Part shown: piece after piece, positions 1-9,235 of the stretch
Numbering within the stretch: position 1 is the first letter of the stretch
Layout of the letters: each line of letters begins with the position of its first letter
Source: a virus
Lineage: Duplodnaviria > Caudoviricetes
Length of the DNA: 64,000 bases
Virus record (IMG/VR): IMGVR_UViG_3300011008_000002
Strand: one strand, 5' to 3'
Position numbers and translations under genes: made by a program
The notes under the pieces: model-generated
What the model was told of the DNA's origin: nothing
Databases searched by the model: none
What the model saw: only the letters and a program-made list of their open reading frames with translations

Positions 1-1113
1 ATGAGTATTCGATATTTCAAAAGCGGATGAACTGTTGTTCTCTACGTAATCGGCTAACTGTTTAAGCCTAGTTGTTAGAGTGTTTAATTGTGCTAAATAA
101 CGAAGTTCTCCCTCAGAGAGAATTCGTTTACCCGGAGCATTGTACTTCGGGTTATTATATTTCAAACATTCAACCATATACGCCACTACTAACATCTGTG
201 AAAAGAATATTGTAGTAGGATAATGATTTTCAGATCTACGAATGATAGTATCCAAGTAATCATTCGTACTATTGAGTATATAGAATGCAGTTACAGTATC
301 TAGCTCGGATAATCCTCTGAGATATTCAATGGTCGCATTCACAACTCCCAAATTAGCTGAGTTTGAGAGAAATGATGATGGATGGAAAAACCGATTACCA
401 ATGTCATCCGGACTCTTGATGTTTATTTTCTTTAACAAATCACAATGGTTCTCGTCATCTGTTAATTGAATAAAACATCTGGTATCGTTCAAATGAGCGA
501 CATCTTTACAGAGTTTTGTGATTTCATCAATATTCGGAATCAAATCCTTTAATGTTAATGACGGGTAATTTGCACCACTGTTTTCTTTTTCAGGAGCACC
601 CAAGCGTTCAAGAATCATCTTTTCCGCTCCCATTAACTCAAGCATTTGTCCATCAAGTAGACCTTCCAACTGGTTCGACTCCAGTAGGTCATAGCGTTCC
701 ATTGTACTCAGAATGACTATCTCATCTGCACGAGATATGTCTATAACATTCTCACTCACATTAATTTCTCTGTTGTCTATAGTTTCATTTTTTGAAGAAC
801 CATAAACCCTTAATGAATTAGCAAGTACTGATAAGAACTCAGTGAATGTACTTTCATCTAATGCTGTACAAATCTCATCAACCATAGCGCAAAACTGGTT
901 TACATAATCTTCCAACTTTTCATTGGAAAAGTTAAACTTGTCAATGAATTTTGACTTTAATGTTGATGTAATTATAGGGATATACTCATCATGCTCACTA
1001 TCATCTATATTAGAAGTGAACTTATCCCAAATTGAAGATATGCGATCGGGCTCTGACAAAATGTCAGAGCTCAGTAACACGTCTCTTGTAGCTGTACTAT
1101 CGAATAACGACAT
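1..1113 (-). CDS. Hypothetical protein, partial (runs off the left edge; at least 371 aa, MSLFDSTATRDV...)
   Basis: ATG at 1113 preceded by GGAAGGAGGG. The frame is open to base 1 and overlaps the end of the upstream gene by 17 nt. Absent from the ORF track because it is truncated. Confidence 0.8.
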   Translation of the reverse strand, partial: MSLFDSTATRDVLLSSDILSEPDRISSIWDKFTSNIDDSEHDEYIPIITSTLKSKFIDKFNFSNEKLEDYVNQFCAMVDEICTALDESTFTEFLSVLANSLRVYGSSKNETIDNREINVSENVIDISRADEIVILSTMERYDLLESNQLEGLLDGQMLELMGAEKMILERLGAPEKENSGANYPSLTLKDLIPNIDEITKLCKDVAHLNDTRCFIQLTDDENHCDLLKKINIKSPDDIGNRFFHPSSFLSNSANLGVVNATIEYLRGLSELDTVTAFYILNSTNDYLDTIIRRSENHYPTTIFFSQMLVVAYMVECLKYNNPKYNAPGKRILSEGELRYLAQLNTLTTRLKQLADYVENNSSSAFEISNTH

Positions 1114-4100
1114 CTTTGAACCCTCCTTCCTCAATCTTCTCCTCTACGAGTTTATCAATCACTTTGACATCGTAATTTTTTAGTATTCCTGTTTTGATGA
1201 AAATGAAATTTTGGTTTTTCGCAAAATGATAAGGAGAAGTTAAATAGGGTTGAGTCTTGATAAGGTTACGATTACCTGCATTGATTGCAGAGGCAACAAA
1301 CTCAGAACAGAAGAACTTATCTTCTCTTTCGGAACCTCTTCCGAATATGAAGTTAGTTAATCCGAGTACATTGTATTTGTAATCTATACGTTTATCAAGC
1401 ATTGATCCAACAAAGTTCCTGATGGAATCGTACTCTTGTGCAGTAGCCATATACATATATAAAGAATATCTAACATTAGCTGCGTTCTTTTTGTATACGG
1501 ACTTATTGATATCCTCAACGACCATACCATCTCGATTAAACGATACCATATTATCAAGATTGGTATCAAACGATATACTCGAATGAGCATATGGGTCATG
1601 GGTAAATGCTTTAATAAGTTTCGCCATATTGGAACCTGTATAGGAGAGGAAGATGAATACTGGGAAATATCGCCCCTCATCTTTCATCGCTTCTATATAA
1701 GAAGCTTCCTGAACTGAACTAGTCAGCTCATATTCTCTATTACCAAGCCCAAGTTTATGAGCTGCTTCAATTGTATGAATACCTTTGCGACTTTCAATGC
1801 GCTCAATAAGTGCATATTTTCCGTTATCATTCGATTTATAAACAGCATCTATACAAGCTTGATCAACAGCAATCGGATCAGTTGATGCAAATATTCCGAT
1901 ATCCCCCATTTCAGGATCGTGGGGATGTGCATCACAATCACAATCTACACTTAGTTTATTCGCTACGTTAATATACACGATGTTCTCTGGACCCATAAAC
2001 TCCATAACGGACTTATCCGCATCTGCCATAGACTCTTGAAATTCAGAACGATCATGTGACATTAATTCATCAAACGTAGACCCAGTTCCTGCCGTATGGA
2101 TATTAGTTTTACCATGAGCCGAAGCGATGCCTATTGACATATTTTTCAATGCTCCACCGTACCCAGCCATAGCATGTCCCTTGAAATGAGATAATACAAT
2201 CATAGAATCAAATTCTTTCAAACCTTTTCCTACAAAGTTCTCTGTCAGATGAAAACCATCTTTCACGGGAATAGAAATCTCACCATATTCATCCATAAGT
2301 ATACATGGAGCTATATCTGCAAATCCATGATCTTTAATAGCTTTCCAATGATCTTCTGGAGTGTTTCGTTTCCCAGGATAAGCAGTATTACATTCTACGA
2401 TAGTACCATTAACTTCTTTGATAAGATCTTTAATTAACGATGGTTGTAAGAAATTATGCCCACCGGGTTCTCCTGTTGATATCTTAACAGCAACTTTACC
2501 AGGAAGATTAACACCAAGTACATGATACATTTGTACTAATGACTCTGGAGTGATTTCATTAGTATAATATACTTTTGATACATTCAGATTTGTAGACTCT
2601 GTAACAGATTGCTTAGAAAAATATTCTAACCATTTCTTAATCTTCTTTTCAGAATCTGCATATGCACTTGCGCGTCCTTTATGCGTCATGATCTGTAAGA
2701 ACGCAATAAATCTACCTATACGTCCTTTTGCATCAGCAGAATCTCTTATAGCACTACGTATCTGAGATAACAAAGATGAGGTGCCCTTAATATAGACTGC
2801 ATAATCTTTTAGTTCATTTGGTTCATATACCCAATAAAGTTCAACACCCTCAACAATAATTTTCTCATTCTTGTGAGATGATGCATACTTGATTGCATAA
2901 GATACGAAACCTCTAATAAGTTTTCGTTCTATTTCTTCAGTATATTCTTCCGCTGATTTAAGCTTTCGAAATTCTTTACCGGGTCCATTAAAGAACCCAC
3001 TGATTACTGGTCCGTATTCCTTCAAATTCTCATCAGAAAAATTCTGTTGAATCAATAGGTCATCTAACTGATAAAAGTCTTTTGTAATACCACCAGCCAT
3101 AGTTGTTTTACCTGAACCAGATAACCCAGTAATGAAACAAATGTTAATATCTCCATTATCGAACGCTTCTTTATTATAGTAGATATCTTTATCATTAAAA
3201 ATCTGGCTTTCCGTTATAGGAAGATGAATTCCTCTACCATTTGTCATAAAGAGCATATGTTCACTTTTATCAATTGATGTATCCTCTTTCCAACCATTCT
3301 TTTTGTAAAGATTGATTGCAACTTCATTGTTTTTGGCTACTGATAAATGAGTGGCGTTTAGTTCGTTCTCAGCAATTTTCAGTAGCTGTTTTGACAACCC
3401 GTATCCTCTATAATCGGGAGATACATAAAGAGCCTGGATCCATTTCTTAGAACCACCGAAATCAACGGCTACATAAGCAACCAATTCATTCTGTTCAAAC
3501 CAAAGATATCCGTTCGCACCGTCTACTCGAATATGCTTCAAATGAGGATAACGTACCTTATATTTGTCTATAGTAGTTTTATTGATAGCCATCTTTGTGA
3601 ACTCAGACAACTGTCTACTACCTTTCGCCTGAAAATCCTGTATCATTGTAGAAGATAATGATAACTCCATTATTACATCATTATCTGTAAGGTACATATA
3701 CTTCATTCCTGGCTTACCATCAGAAACCTTCTTTTCAACAAATCCATATTTCTTATACATACGAATTGCGATATCATTGTCTTGTCTTACCGTAAGAGCT
3801 TCTCCACCAAGTTCCTTTACTGCGTAATCTAAAACTTGATTTCCTAACCCATATCCTCGATAATCTTCGCCCACTACTAAATCATAAATCCAATAAGGAT
3901 GCTTTGATGTATCGAGTGCAACCATAGCAACAACTTTATTCTTCTTTCTATCTAACCAGACACTACCATCTTTAGACAAAGATACAAACTTTAATTCTTC
4001 AACTCCTGCTTCTACCAATTTCTTTACAACAGGAGAATCAGATGGTACCACAAGAAAATCTTTAAGATTCATACGACCTTTGGGTTTAAAACCTTCAGTC

Positions 4101-5812
4101 AAAACAGTTGCTGTCTCAGCCATCTGATTAGGTACGTTCCTGTAATCTAATTCTTCACCAGCTTCTGTTAAATCTGGTTTGTGAATTACTGGACGAACAG
4201 GGTCTTTAGCAGATTCTACAATCTGCTCCTCCCATTCATATAACCATTCATATAGTTTCGCAACTTTATCTTCACCGTATTCATATATAGTACCCTCATC
4301 ACGTTTTACACTAATAACATGAATAATACCGATTTTCATGAGTTTTACAGGTTCCTCAATCCACTTTTCATGAGTAATATGACAATCGGGAACATATCGT
4401 GGCTTTTGAGGATTCGTATTCTGCGTATCATGATAGATATGCTGACCTACAGGTTGATGTACATAATAGGTTTTTCCAGCACAGTTCTGAGATAACGCAG
4501 TAATACAATCATCCACAGTTGGACAAAAGCAAACACGTTTCGTTCGGTTATCTTCATATCCATTTTCTGTCATAAAATTTGATGGAACTGTGGGACGCAA
4601 CGTATGCCCATCTAAATTTTGTTCAGATATATGGAATAACTTCTGACCCTCAATTGTTGCTTCAAATGCAGGTTGTCCACCATTGTTCATATAATCTAAG
4701 AAACGATTTATTTCTTTTAAAGCTTTCTTAGCTTCGTATCTCATTCGACTATCTTCTTCATTATCTCTATTTATAACACCCTTTAGATAGTCGCTGACGT
4801 TATTCAGTTCATTTTCGAGCTGAATCCACTCTGCCTCATTGAGATTTTCATGAAATATCTTATTTCGATATGTATAAATCAAGTCATCGTAGTTAAGCAT
4901 TGGGTCTACCAGAGCACGATTTCTTCCGATTATATTCAATTTCTTTTTTGCATGGTCGACCCCTTCAAAGATTTGAACGTCTTTGGTAACTCCAACAGCT
5001 TCTAACGAGGGTTCTAACTTACTCTCCCATTTAGGTAAAGGACAATTATCTTCAGCTTTAAGCCTAGATAACATAGCAAAAAACTCACTGTAGTCTTTAT
5101 TACAGATTTTGATATAGTTTACCTGCCCCTTAAGAGAGTCCATAACCTGATCTTTGAGTCTCTCTTTCACCTTATCAACCGCTTGGATTTTAGGATGCTT
5201 ATTAGGATTATCTCCCCCATCCTTTAATTCAATCTCAAGGTTCAGCGAAGTCGAATATGCGTCAGGAATATAAAAGTGATCCTGACCTTCATAATTATAA
5301 TAGTAAGTATGAGGTGATGGAGCTATTATATCGGCACCATCCCAACTAAGAAATGTATCAATCATTTCAAAGAAGTCTTTACCATAACTACTATCATACA
5401 TAGCCTCATATTTCTTACCAGTCTCTTCATCGACAAATACATATTTGCCACTACTTTTCTTACCGTAAACCATCTTCTTCTGCTGTTCAGGATTGTTTAT
5501 GGAATACGGTTTTCCATGTAGTCCAATGTAATTCTTCTGAGCTAATTCATAAGCCTTCTTCTTGCAGGCTTCTTCACCGCACATCCTATTATACTTACCA
5601 GTCGCATTGTTCCATCCAGTAATTTTCTTACAATAGATACAATGACCTTCTGTCTTTCCAGTGCGGAGATAATTTTCAAATCTAGCAGCATTCCACCCAT
5701 CGGGTATAGAAGATGCATGTTCTTTCTCTATATGGTCAATCAAAGATTGCTTGTTCATAAACTTTTTCTCACAAAGTTTGCACTTTGTCGGTCTAGGCTT
5801 CTTAGTAGACAT
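1097..5812 (-). CDS. Multidomain (polyvalent) protein: Zn-finger + TnsA-N-like PD-(D/E)xK nuclease, helical domain, ART-like domain, two GNAT acetyltransferases, P-loop kinase, DUF362, permuted NlpC/P60 papain-like domain
   Basis: Motifs: CKLC..H..H; YIPDAY..EIELK; FHIS..RVCF..VPD..HEKW; DYRGYGL twice with N..AI..YKK.G; GLSGSGKTT; KISTGE, ECNTAY, HFKGH, GGALKN, DCDC, DPIAVD; PYAHSSIS..FFCSEFV. RBS GAAAGGAG and an ACA-N6-TAA site lie upstream. Confidence 0.85.
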   Translation of the reverse strand: MSTKKPRPTKCKLCEKKFMNKQSLIDHIEKEHASSIPDGWNAARFENYLRTGKTEGHCIYCKKITGWNNATGKYNRMCGEEACKKKAYELAQKNYIGLHGKPYSINNPEQQKKMVYGKKSSGKYVFVDEETGKKYEAMYDSSYGKDFFEMIDTFLSWDGADIIAPSPHTYYYNYEGQDHFYIPDAYSTSLNLEIELKDGGDNPNKHPKIQAVDKVKERLKDQVMDSLKGQVNYIKICNKDYSEFFAMLSRLKAEDNCPLPKWESKLEPSLEAVGVTKDVQIFEGVDHAKKKLNIIGRNRALVDPMLNYDDLIYTYRNKIFHENLNEAEWIQLENELNNVSDYLKGVINRDNEEDSRMRYEAKKALKEINRFLDYMNNGGQPAFEATIEGQKLFHISEQNLDGHTLRPTVPSNFMTENGYEDNRTKRVCFCPTVDDCITALSQNCAGKTYYVHQPVGQHIYHDTQNTNPQKPRYVPDCHITHEKWIEEPVKLMKIGIIHVISVKRDEGTIYEYGEDKVAKLYEWLYEWEEQIVESAKDPVRPVIHKPDLTEAGEELDYRNVPNQMAETATVLTEGFKPKGRMNLKDFLVVPSDSPVVKKLVEAGVEELKFVSLSKDGSVWLDRKKNKVVAMVALDTSKHPYWIYDLVVGEDYRGYGLGNQVLDYAVKELGGEALTVRQDNDIAIRMYKKYGFVEKKVSDGKPGMKYMYLTDNDVIMELSLSSTMIQDFQAKGSRQLSEFTKMAINKTTIDKYKVRYPHLKHIRVDGANGYLWFEQNELVAYVAVDFGGSKKWIQALYVSPDYRGYGLSKQLLKIAENELNATHLSVAKNNEVAINLYKKNGWKEDTSIDKSEHMLFMTNGRGIHLPITESQIFNDKDIYYNKEAFDNGDINICFITGLSGSGKTTMAGGITKDFYQLDDLLIQQNFSDENLKEYGPVISGFFNGPGKEFRKLKSAEEYTEEIERKLIRGFVSYAIKYASSHKNEKIIVEGVELYWVYEPNELKDYAVYIKGTSSLLSQIRSAIRDSADAKGRIGRFIAFLQIMTHKGRASAYADSEKKIKKWLEYFSKQSVTESTNLNVSKVYYTNEITPESLVQMYHVLGVNLPGKVAVKISTGEPGGHNFLQPSLIKDLIKEVNGTIVECNTAYPGKRNTPEDHWKAIKDHGFADIAPCILMDEYGEISIPVKDGFHLTENFVGKGLKEFDSMIVLSHFKGHAMAGYGGALKNMSIGIASAHGKTNIHTAGTGSTFDELMSHDRSEFQESMADADKSVMEFMGPENIVYINVANKLSVDCDCDAHPHDPEMGDIGIFASTDPIAVDQACIDAVYKSNDNGKYALIERIESRKGIHTIEAAHKLGLGNREYELTSSVQEASYIEAMKDEGRYFPVFIFLSYTGSNMAKLIKAFTHDPYAHSSISFDTNLDNMVSFNRDGMVVEDINKSVYKKNAANVRYSLYMYMATAQEYDSIRNFVGSMLDKRIDYKYNVLGLTNFIFGRGSEREDKFFCSEFVASAINAGNRNLIKTQPYLTSPYHFAKNQNFIFIKTGILKNYDVKVIDKLVEEKIEEGGFKDVVIR

Positions 5813-5870
5813 ATAAAGATATCTCCTTTCTATTTGAATTCACAAGTGGTTATATAGAAACCCTTGTGGC

Positions 5871-5945
5871 TTACTTTTTTGTGGACAATACCAGTAATAT
5901 GTAGATTAAGGCAATATAAGAAATGCACAGGTCACAATAAATTAA
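5871..5945. promoter_or_regulatory. Divergent pair of putative late promoters (ACA-N6-TAA)
   Basis: Minus 5871-5882 (ACAAAAAAGTAA) and plus 5934-5945 (ACAATAAATTAA); the same motif occurs at 11 other intergenic sites. Confidence 0.7.
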
Positions 5946-5965
5946 AGAAACGGGGTGTTTGACTT

Positions 5966-6388
5966 ATGACAGGTAGAGAAATTAACTTCAAAACGGATAA
6001 ATATAATAATCCGGTGTATCTTTCCAAAAGAGAATCAGTGGCTCAAGTAATCCAAAATGCTCTATTTATGAAACTCGGAAATAATCCGAGTCATCCAGAT
6101 AGAGGTGTTGATATAGAACAGTATCTGAATAAACCTGTCGATATGGTTGACAACATGAAAATACTGACTGATTTACGACACACCTGCGGTTCAGATATGG
6201 TTGGTAACGAAATTCAGTCTTTGAGTTTTGATGTTGTCAGATTAGAGACAGGCGATGAGGTAGCTTTGATACTTATTCGATTATCAATAGACAATACGGA
6301 AGACATGATGGCTATTGTCATTCAAAAGAGGAAAGATAACGTTGTCCGTTACAATTATAATTTCATTAACGAAGACGTACCCGTATAA
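5966..6388 (+). CDS. Baseplate wedge subunit, T4 gp25/GPW-like
   Basis: 140 aa; the pattern IQNALFMKLGNNPSHPDRGVDI matches the gp25-family I..LL.T..GE....P.FG..L signature; structural gene context. Confidence 0.65.
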   Translation: MTGREINFKTDKYNNPVYLSKRESVAQVIQNALFMKLGNNPSHPDRGVDIEQYLNKPVDMVDNMKILTDLRHTCGSDMVGNEIQSLSFDVVRLETGDEVALILIRLSIDNTEDMMAIVIQKRKDNVVRYNYNFINEDVPV

Positions 6389-6415
6389 AATCTTTTGAAA
6401 GGAGGGCGTTGGTGT

Positions 6416-8581
6416 ATGGCAAATATCCATGAACGTGGAAATTTTGACATGACTGAAATATTGCGGAAATCTCAGGAACAACAGAAAGCCAGAGAAGCCG
6501 CTAAGCAAAAAGCATCATCGACAAACAAGCAATCAGTTGCTGTACAAAAATCTACAGACATTGCATCTGCTCAACATGGTGATTATGTAGAAACCGCTGA
6601 CGGAACTGGCGGTATCTTAATTGATCACGAAGCTGAAATAGAGAAGATGCGGGAGAACGATAAGACAGGGAAAGCCTTAATGCAATTAGTGAAGTATGAC
6701 GGTTTGATATCTGAAGCCAACGCATACAGACCGGAGTATGGAGAAAATGCACCAGAAGGATATGACCCTGGGGTAGAATGGATAAAACAAAATCCATGGG
6801 ATCCAAAGACAAAAGAACTGAAGAAGATAAAAGAAGGATTTGCAGGACTTTCTTATGGTATTGAGGGATTGGTACCAATAGACTCAGAAGAAGCCCATAG
6901 AGTAGCTGAGGCTATGGAAAAAGTTCGTACCGGAGAAATTGTACTCCCTACACCTGAAGAATATGAAATGCAAAGACAAGCTGCTAAAGAACGTAAGAGG
7001 CAGCGAAGAGAAAAGTATTCTCACAACAATAATAAATCTCCTAAAAAACAGGAGACTGTAGTAAACCCAAAAGAAAGAAACTCTATACCTATTGAGGAAG
7101 AAAATCCAGAGCCTCAAATGGCAGAAATGCCAGAGAATGCATACATAACGAAAGGAGTAATGGAACAGATGGATGAAATGAACAATAGTACGCCTAAGCG
7201 TACAGTCAACGTATCTGTAAAACAGCCCGAACAACAGGTTGTGGCACCGCAGAACATCAACAACGCTGTGGATAATGATGTTATCGCACAGCAGATTATG
7301 AACGATCCAAGTTTGGATGTCGAACTTCCTATGGAAGATGATCAGGAAGTAGGTGGAATAGAGATTGAACAAAACGCACAACAACCAAAGCAACCAATCG
7401 ACCTTTTCCAGGTTCAGGAGAATCTTGATGAAGCCAGTAACGATGAAGTTTCTGAAGATGGTAATCAGAATAATACTTCTGATACTGCTTCTGAAAGCAA
7501 CGTCATGGTGATTAATGTACCGAAGGACGAGGTGGATAATTTCGTTAAGCAGATGCCTGTTGAAACGTTCAACAAAATGACAAGTGCAGACGTTATTCAG
7601 ATTAACGAGGTGGAGCTTAAGGATGTTCCTACAGCAACTCGTCGTATCGACAGTATCGCCGAATACAGGGCTATTCGGAACCGTCGTAAGGATAAGAACA
7701 AGCCGACTCAGCTCAGGGAAAGAGCTCTGCCGAACTCCGGTTATGTTGCAACAGTAAAACCGGCTACATCTATGGAGATGTCGACTATGTTCAAGTCTCC
7801 TACTCTCAACAGCGATATTGAATATCAGAAATTATACGATTTCTGCTATACCCATATGGTGGATTCCTCTATTGGAAGGATGTCCTTTGCAGAATTCGTA
7901 AATAACACCGATCCTGCTGAGTTGGAAGATCTCGCATATGACATCTATGCTATGTCTGAAACATCCGAGAGGAAAATCAGCATTCATTGCGGTGAAGGTG
8001 ATGGCGGTTGTGATCAATTCTTTGAGATCACTGTCGATGCTAATACTATTCCAGATATCTCTGGTTTGTCTGACGAGTATAAGAACCGTGTGAAGGAAAT
8101 CATTGAAGTCAGGAACGACCTGAACTCTGCAAAGGAGCTTCAGAAGAATTCTCCGATAATGAAGTATAAGGTTGTCCGGTTTGGTGATTCGTACTTCTAT
8201 GTACGTAAAACGACCGGTCCGATGATGACCAGTAGGGATGATAGGCTCGTTGAGATTGGTGAAAAGCATGGACAGTTTGTTGCACTTTTGATCCTCTTCG
8301 TCGATAAAGTGGTGGTTACTTATCAGGAGAGGGAAGATGTGGAACCTCGAACTGTTGAGTTCACCGATGTTGAAATGATATGTGAAGAACTCAAATCTTT
8401 GGATGACGATCAGCTTGATACGCTTAAGGATATTATTGGTAACAACATCGAAGACTTCCCGAAGATGACATATTCTCTTAAGGGCGATTTCGTTTGCCCT
8501 AATTGTGGAAAAAGGAGAACTCGCATTCCTTGTAGCGTGACTGACCTGATTTTTCAAAAAGTCCAGCGGATGTTCGGTTAA
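6416..8581 (+). CDS. Baseplate hub or tail assembly chaperone-like protein (T4 gp26-like C-terminal region) with a long low-complexity N-terminus
   Basis: ATG 6416 after GAAAGGAGG. The C-terminal region has DLAYDIYAMS...HCG..GGC and CPNCG zinc-binding motifs. Follows the gp25-like gene. Confidence 0.5.
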   Translation: MANIHERGNFDMTEILRKSQEQQKAREAAKQKASSTNKQSVAVQKSTDIASAQHGDYVETADGTGGILIDHEAEIEKMRENDKTGKALMQLVKYDGLISEANAYRPEYGENAPEGYDPGVEWIKQNPWDPKTKELKKIKEGFAGLSYGIEGLVPIDSEEAHRVAEAMEKVRTGEIVLPTPEEYEMQRQAAKERKRQRREKYSHNNNKSPKKQETVVNPKERNSIPIEEENPEPQMAEMPENAYITKGVMEQMDEMNNSTPKRTVNVSVKQPEQQVVAPQNINNAVDNDVIAQQIMNDPSLDVELPMEDDQEVGGIEIEQNAQQPKQPIDLFQVQENLDEASNDEVSEDGNQNNTSDTASESNVMVINVPKDEVDNFVKQMPVETFNKMTSADVIQINEVELKDVPTATRRIDSIAEYRAIRNRRKDKNKPTQLRERALPNSGYVATVKPATSMEMSTMFKSPTLNSDIEYQKLYDFCYTHMVDSSIGRMSFAEFVNNTDPAELEDLAYDIYAMSETSERKISIHCGEGDGGCDQFFEITVDANTIPDISGLSDEYKNRVKEIIEVRNDLNSAKELQKNSPIMKYKVVRFGDSYFYVRKTTGPMMTSRDDRLVEIGEKHGQFVALLILFVDKVVVTYQEREDVEPRTVEFTDVEMICEELKSLDDDQLDTLKDIIGNNIEDFPKMTYSLKGDFVCPNCGKRRTRIPCSVTDLIFQKVQRMFG

Positions 8582-8817
8582 ACCTAGAACAGCACGACAG
8601 AAACTGGGTTCACCTAGCAAAGGACTTGGGACTACCACTTCCGCTGTGGGAATACGATTCTATGACGAGGGAGCGCATAGATCGTTTTGTCAAAATCATG
8701 GAGGAGCGTCTCGAAGCAGAACATCGTCAACGACAAAAAATTCAGCATGAAGCTGAAGCTCGTGCAAAACAACAACAAAGGGCTGCGAATAAATCGCAGA
8801 GGATGCCTTTGGTGTGA
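8545..8817 (+). CDS. Small gp51/GT-like ORF, probably expressed as a -1 frameshift extension of the upstream gene
   Basis: The -1 frame is open from 8545, overlapping the end of 6416..8581 across ATTTTTCAAAAAG. The TTG at 8626 lacks a well-spaced RBS. Sequence LWEYDSMTRERIDRFVKIMEERLE. Confidence 0.5.
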   Translation, partial: PDFSKSPADVRLNLEQHDRNWVHLAKDLGLPLPLWEYDSMTRERIDRFVKIMEERLEAEHRQRQKIQHEAEARAKQQQRAANKSQRMPLV

Positions 8818-8825
8818 AACAAACT

Positions 8826-8858
8826 GAAAGACCACCAATTTTCGTGGTGGTCTTTCTT
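8826..8858 (+). terminator. Intrinsic terminator
   Basis: GAAAGACCACCA/TGGTGGTCTTTC 12-bp stem followed by T-rich sequence. Confidence 0.7.
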
Positions 8859-8891
8859 ATTAAGAATAAAAAGTATTGGAGGGAAACGAAA

Positions 8892-9209
8892 ATGACATTC
8901 AAGGATAGATTAGAGTATATCGATCAGTGTGTCGCCGGTGAAAAAGAACGTTTCCAGAAGATACTATCTATAAGAGCATTCAATAGCTTCGATAGAAGTT
9001 ATGAACTATTTAGGGATTATATAAAACAAAAGAATACGATAAAAGATGTTAGTTGTGATGTATCGGATGAGTCTATTACCATACATATAGCATCAGATTC
9101 TACTATGGAAGAATTGTTGTCAGACAGCTTTCCGAAAAAGGGTGTAGTTCCTGTAGAAACCGAAACAGGTATTGATTTGCACATCTCATTAATTGAATCT
9201 CTTCCGTAA
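8892..9209 (+). CDS. Hypothetical protein (105 aa)
   Basis: ATG 8892 after GGAGGG; in frame with track ORF 8814..9209. Confidence 0.75.
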   Translation: MTFKDRLEYIDQCVAGEKERFQKILSIRAFNSFDRSYELFRDYIKQKNTIKDVSCDVSDESITIHIASDSTMEELLSDSFPKKGVVPVETETGIDLHISLIESLP

Positions 9210-9235
9210 TACTTTCGAAAAGGAGATGATTTTCT

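Noticed and set aside
7832-8638. 268-aa minus-strand ORF
   Set aside because: Antisense shadow of the RBS-supported plus-strand gene; no RBS and no protein-like motifs.
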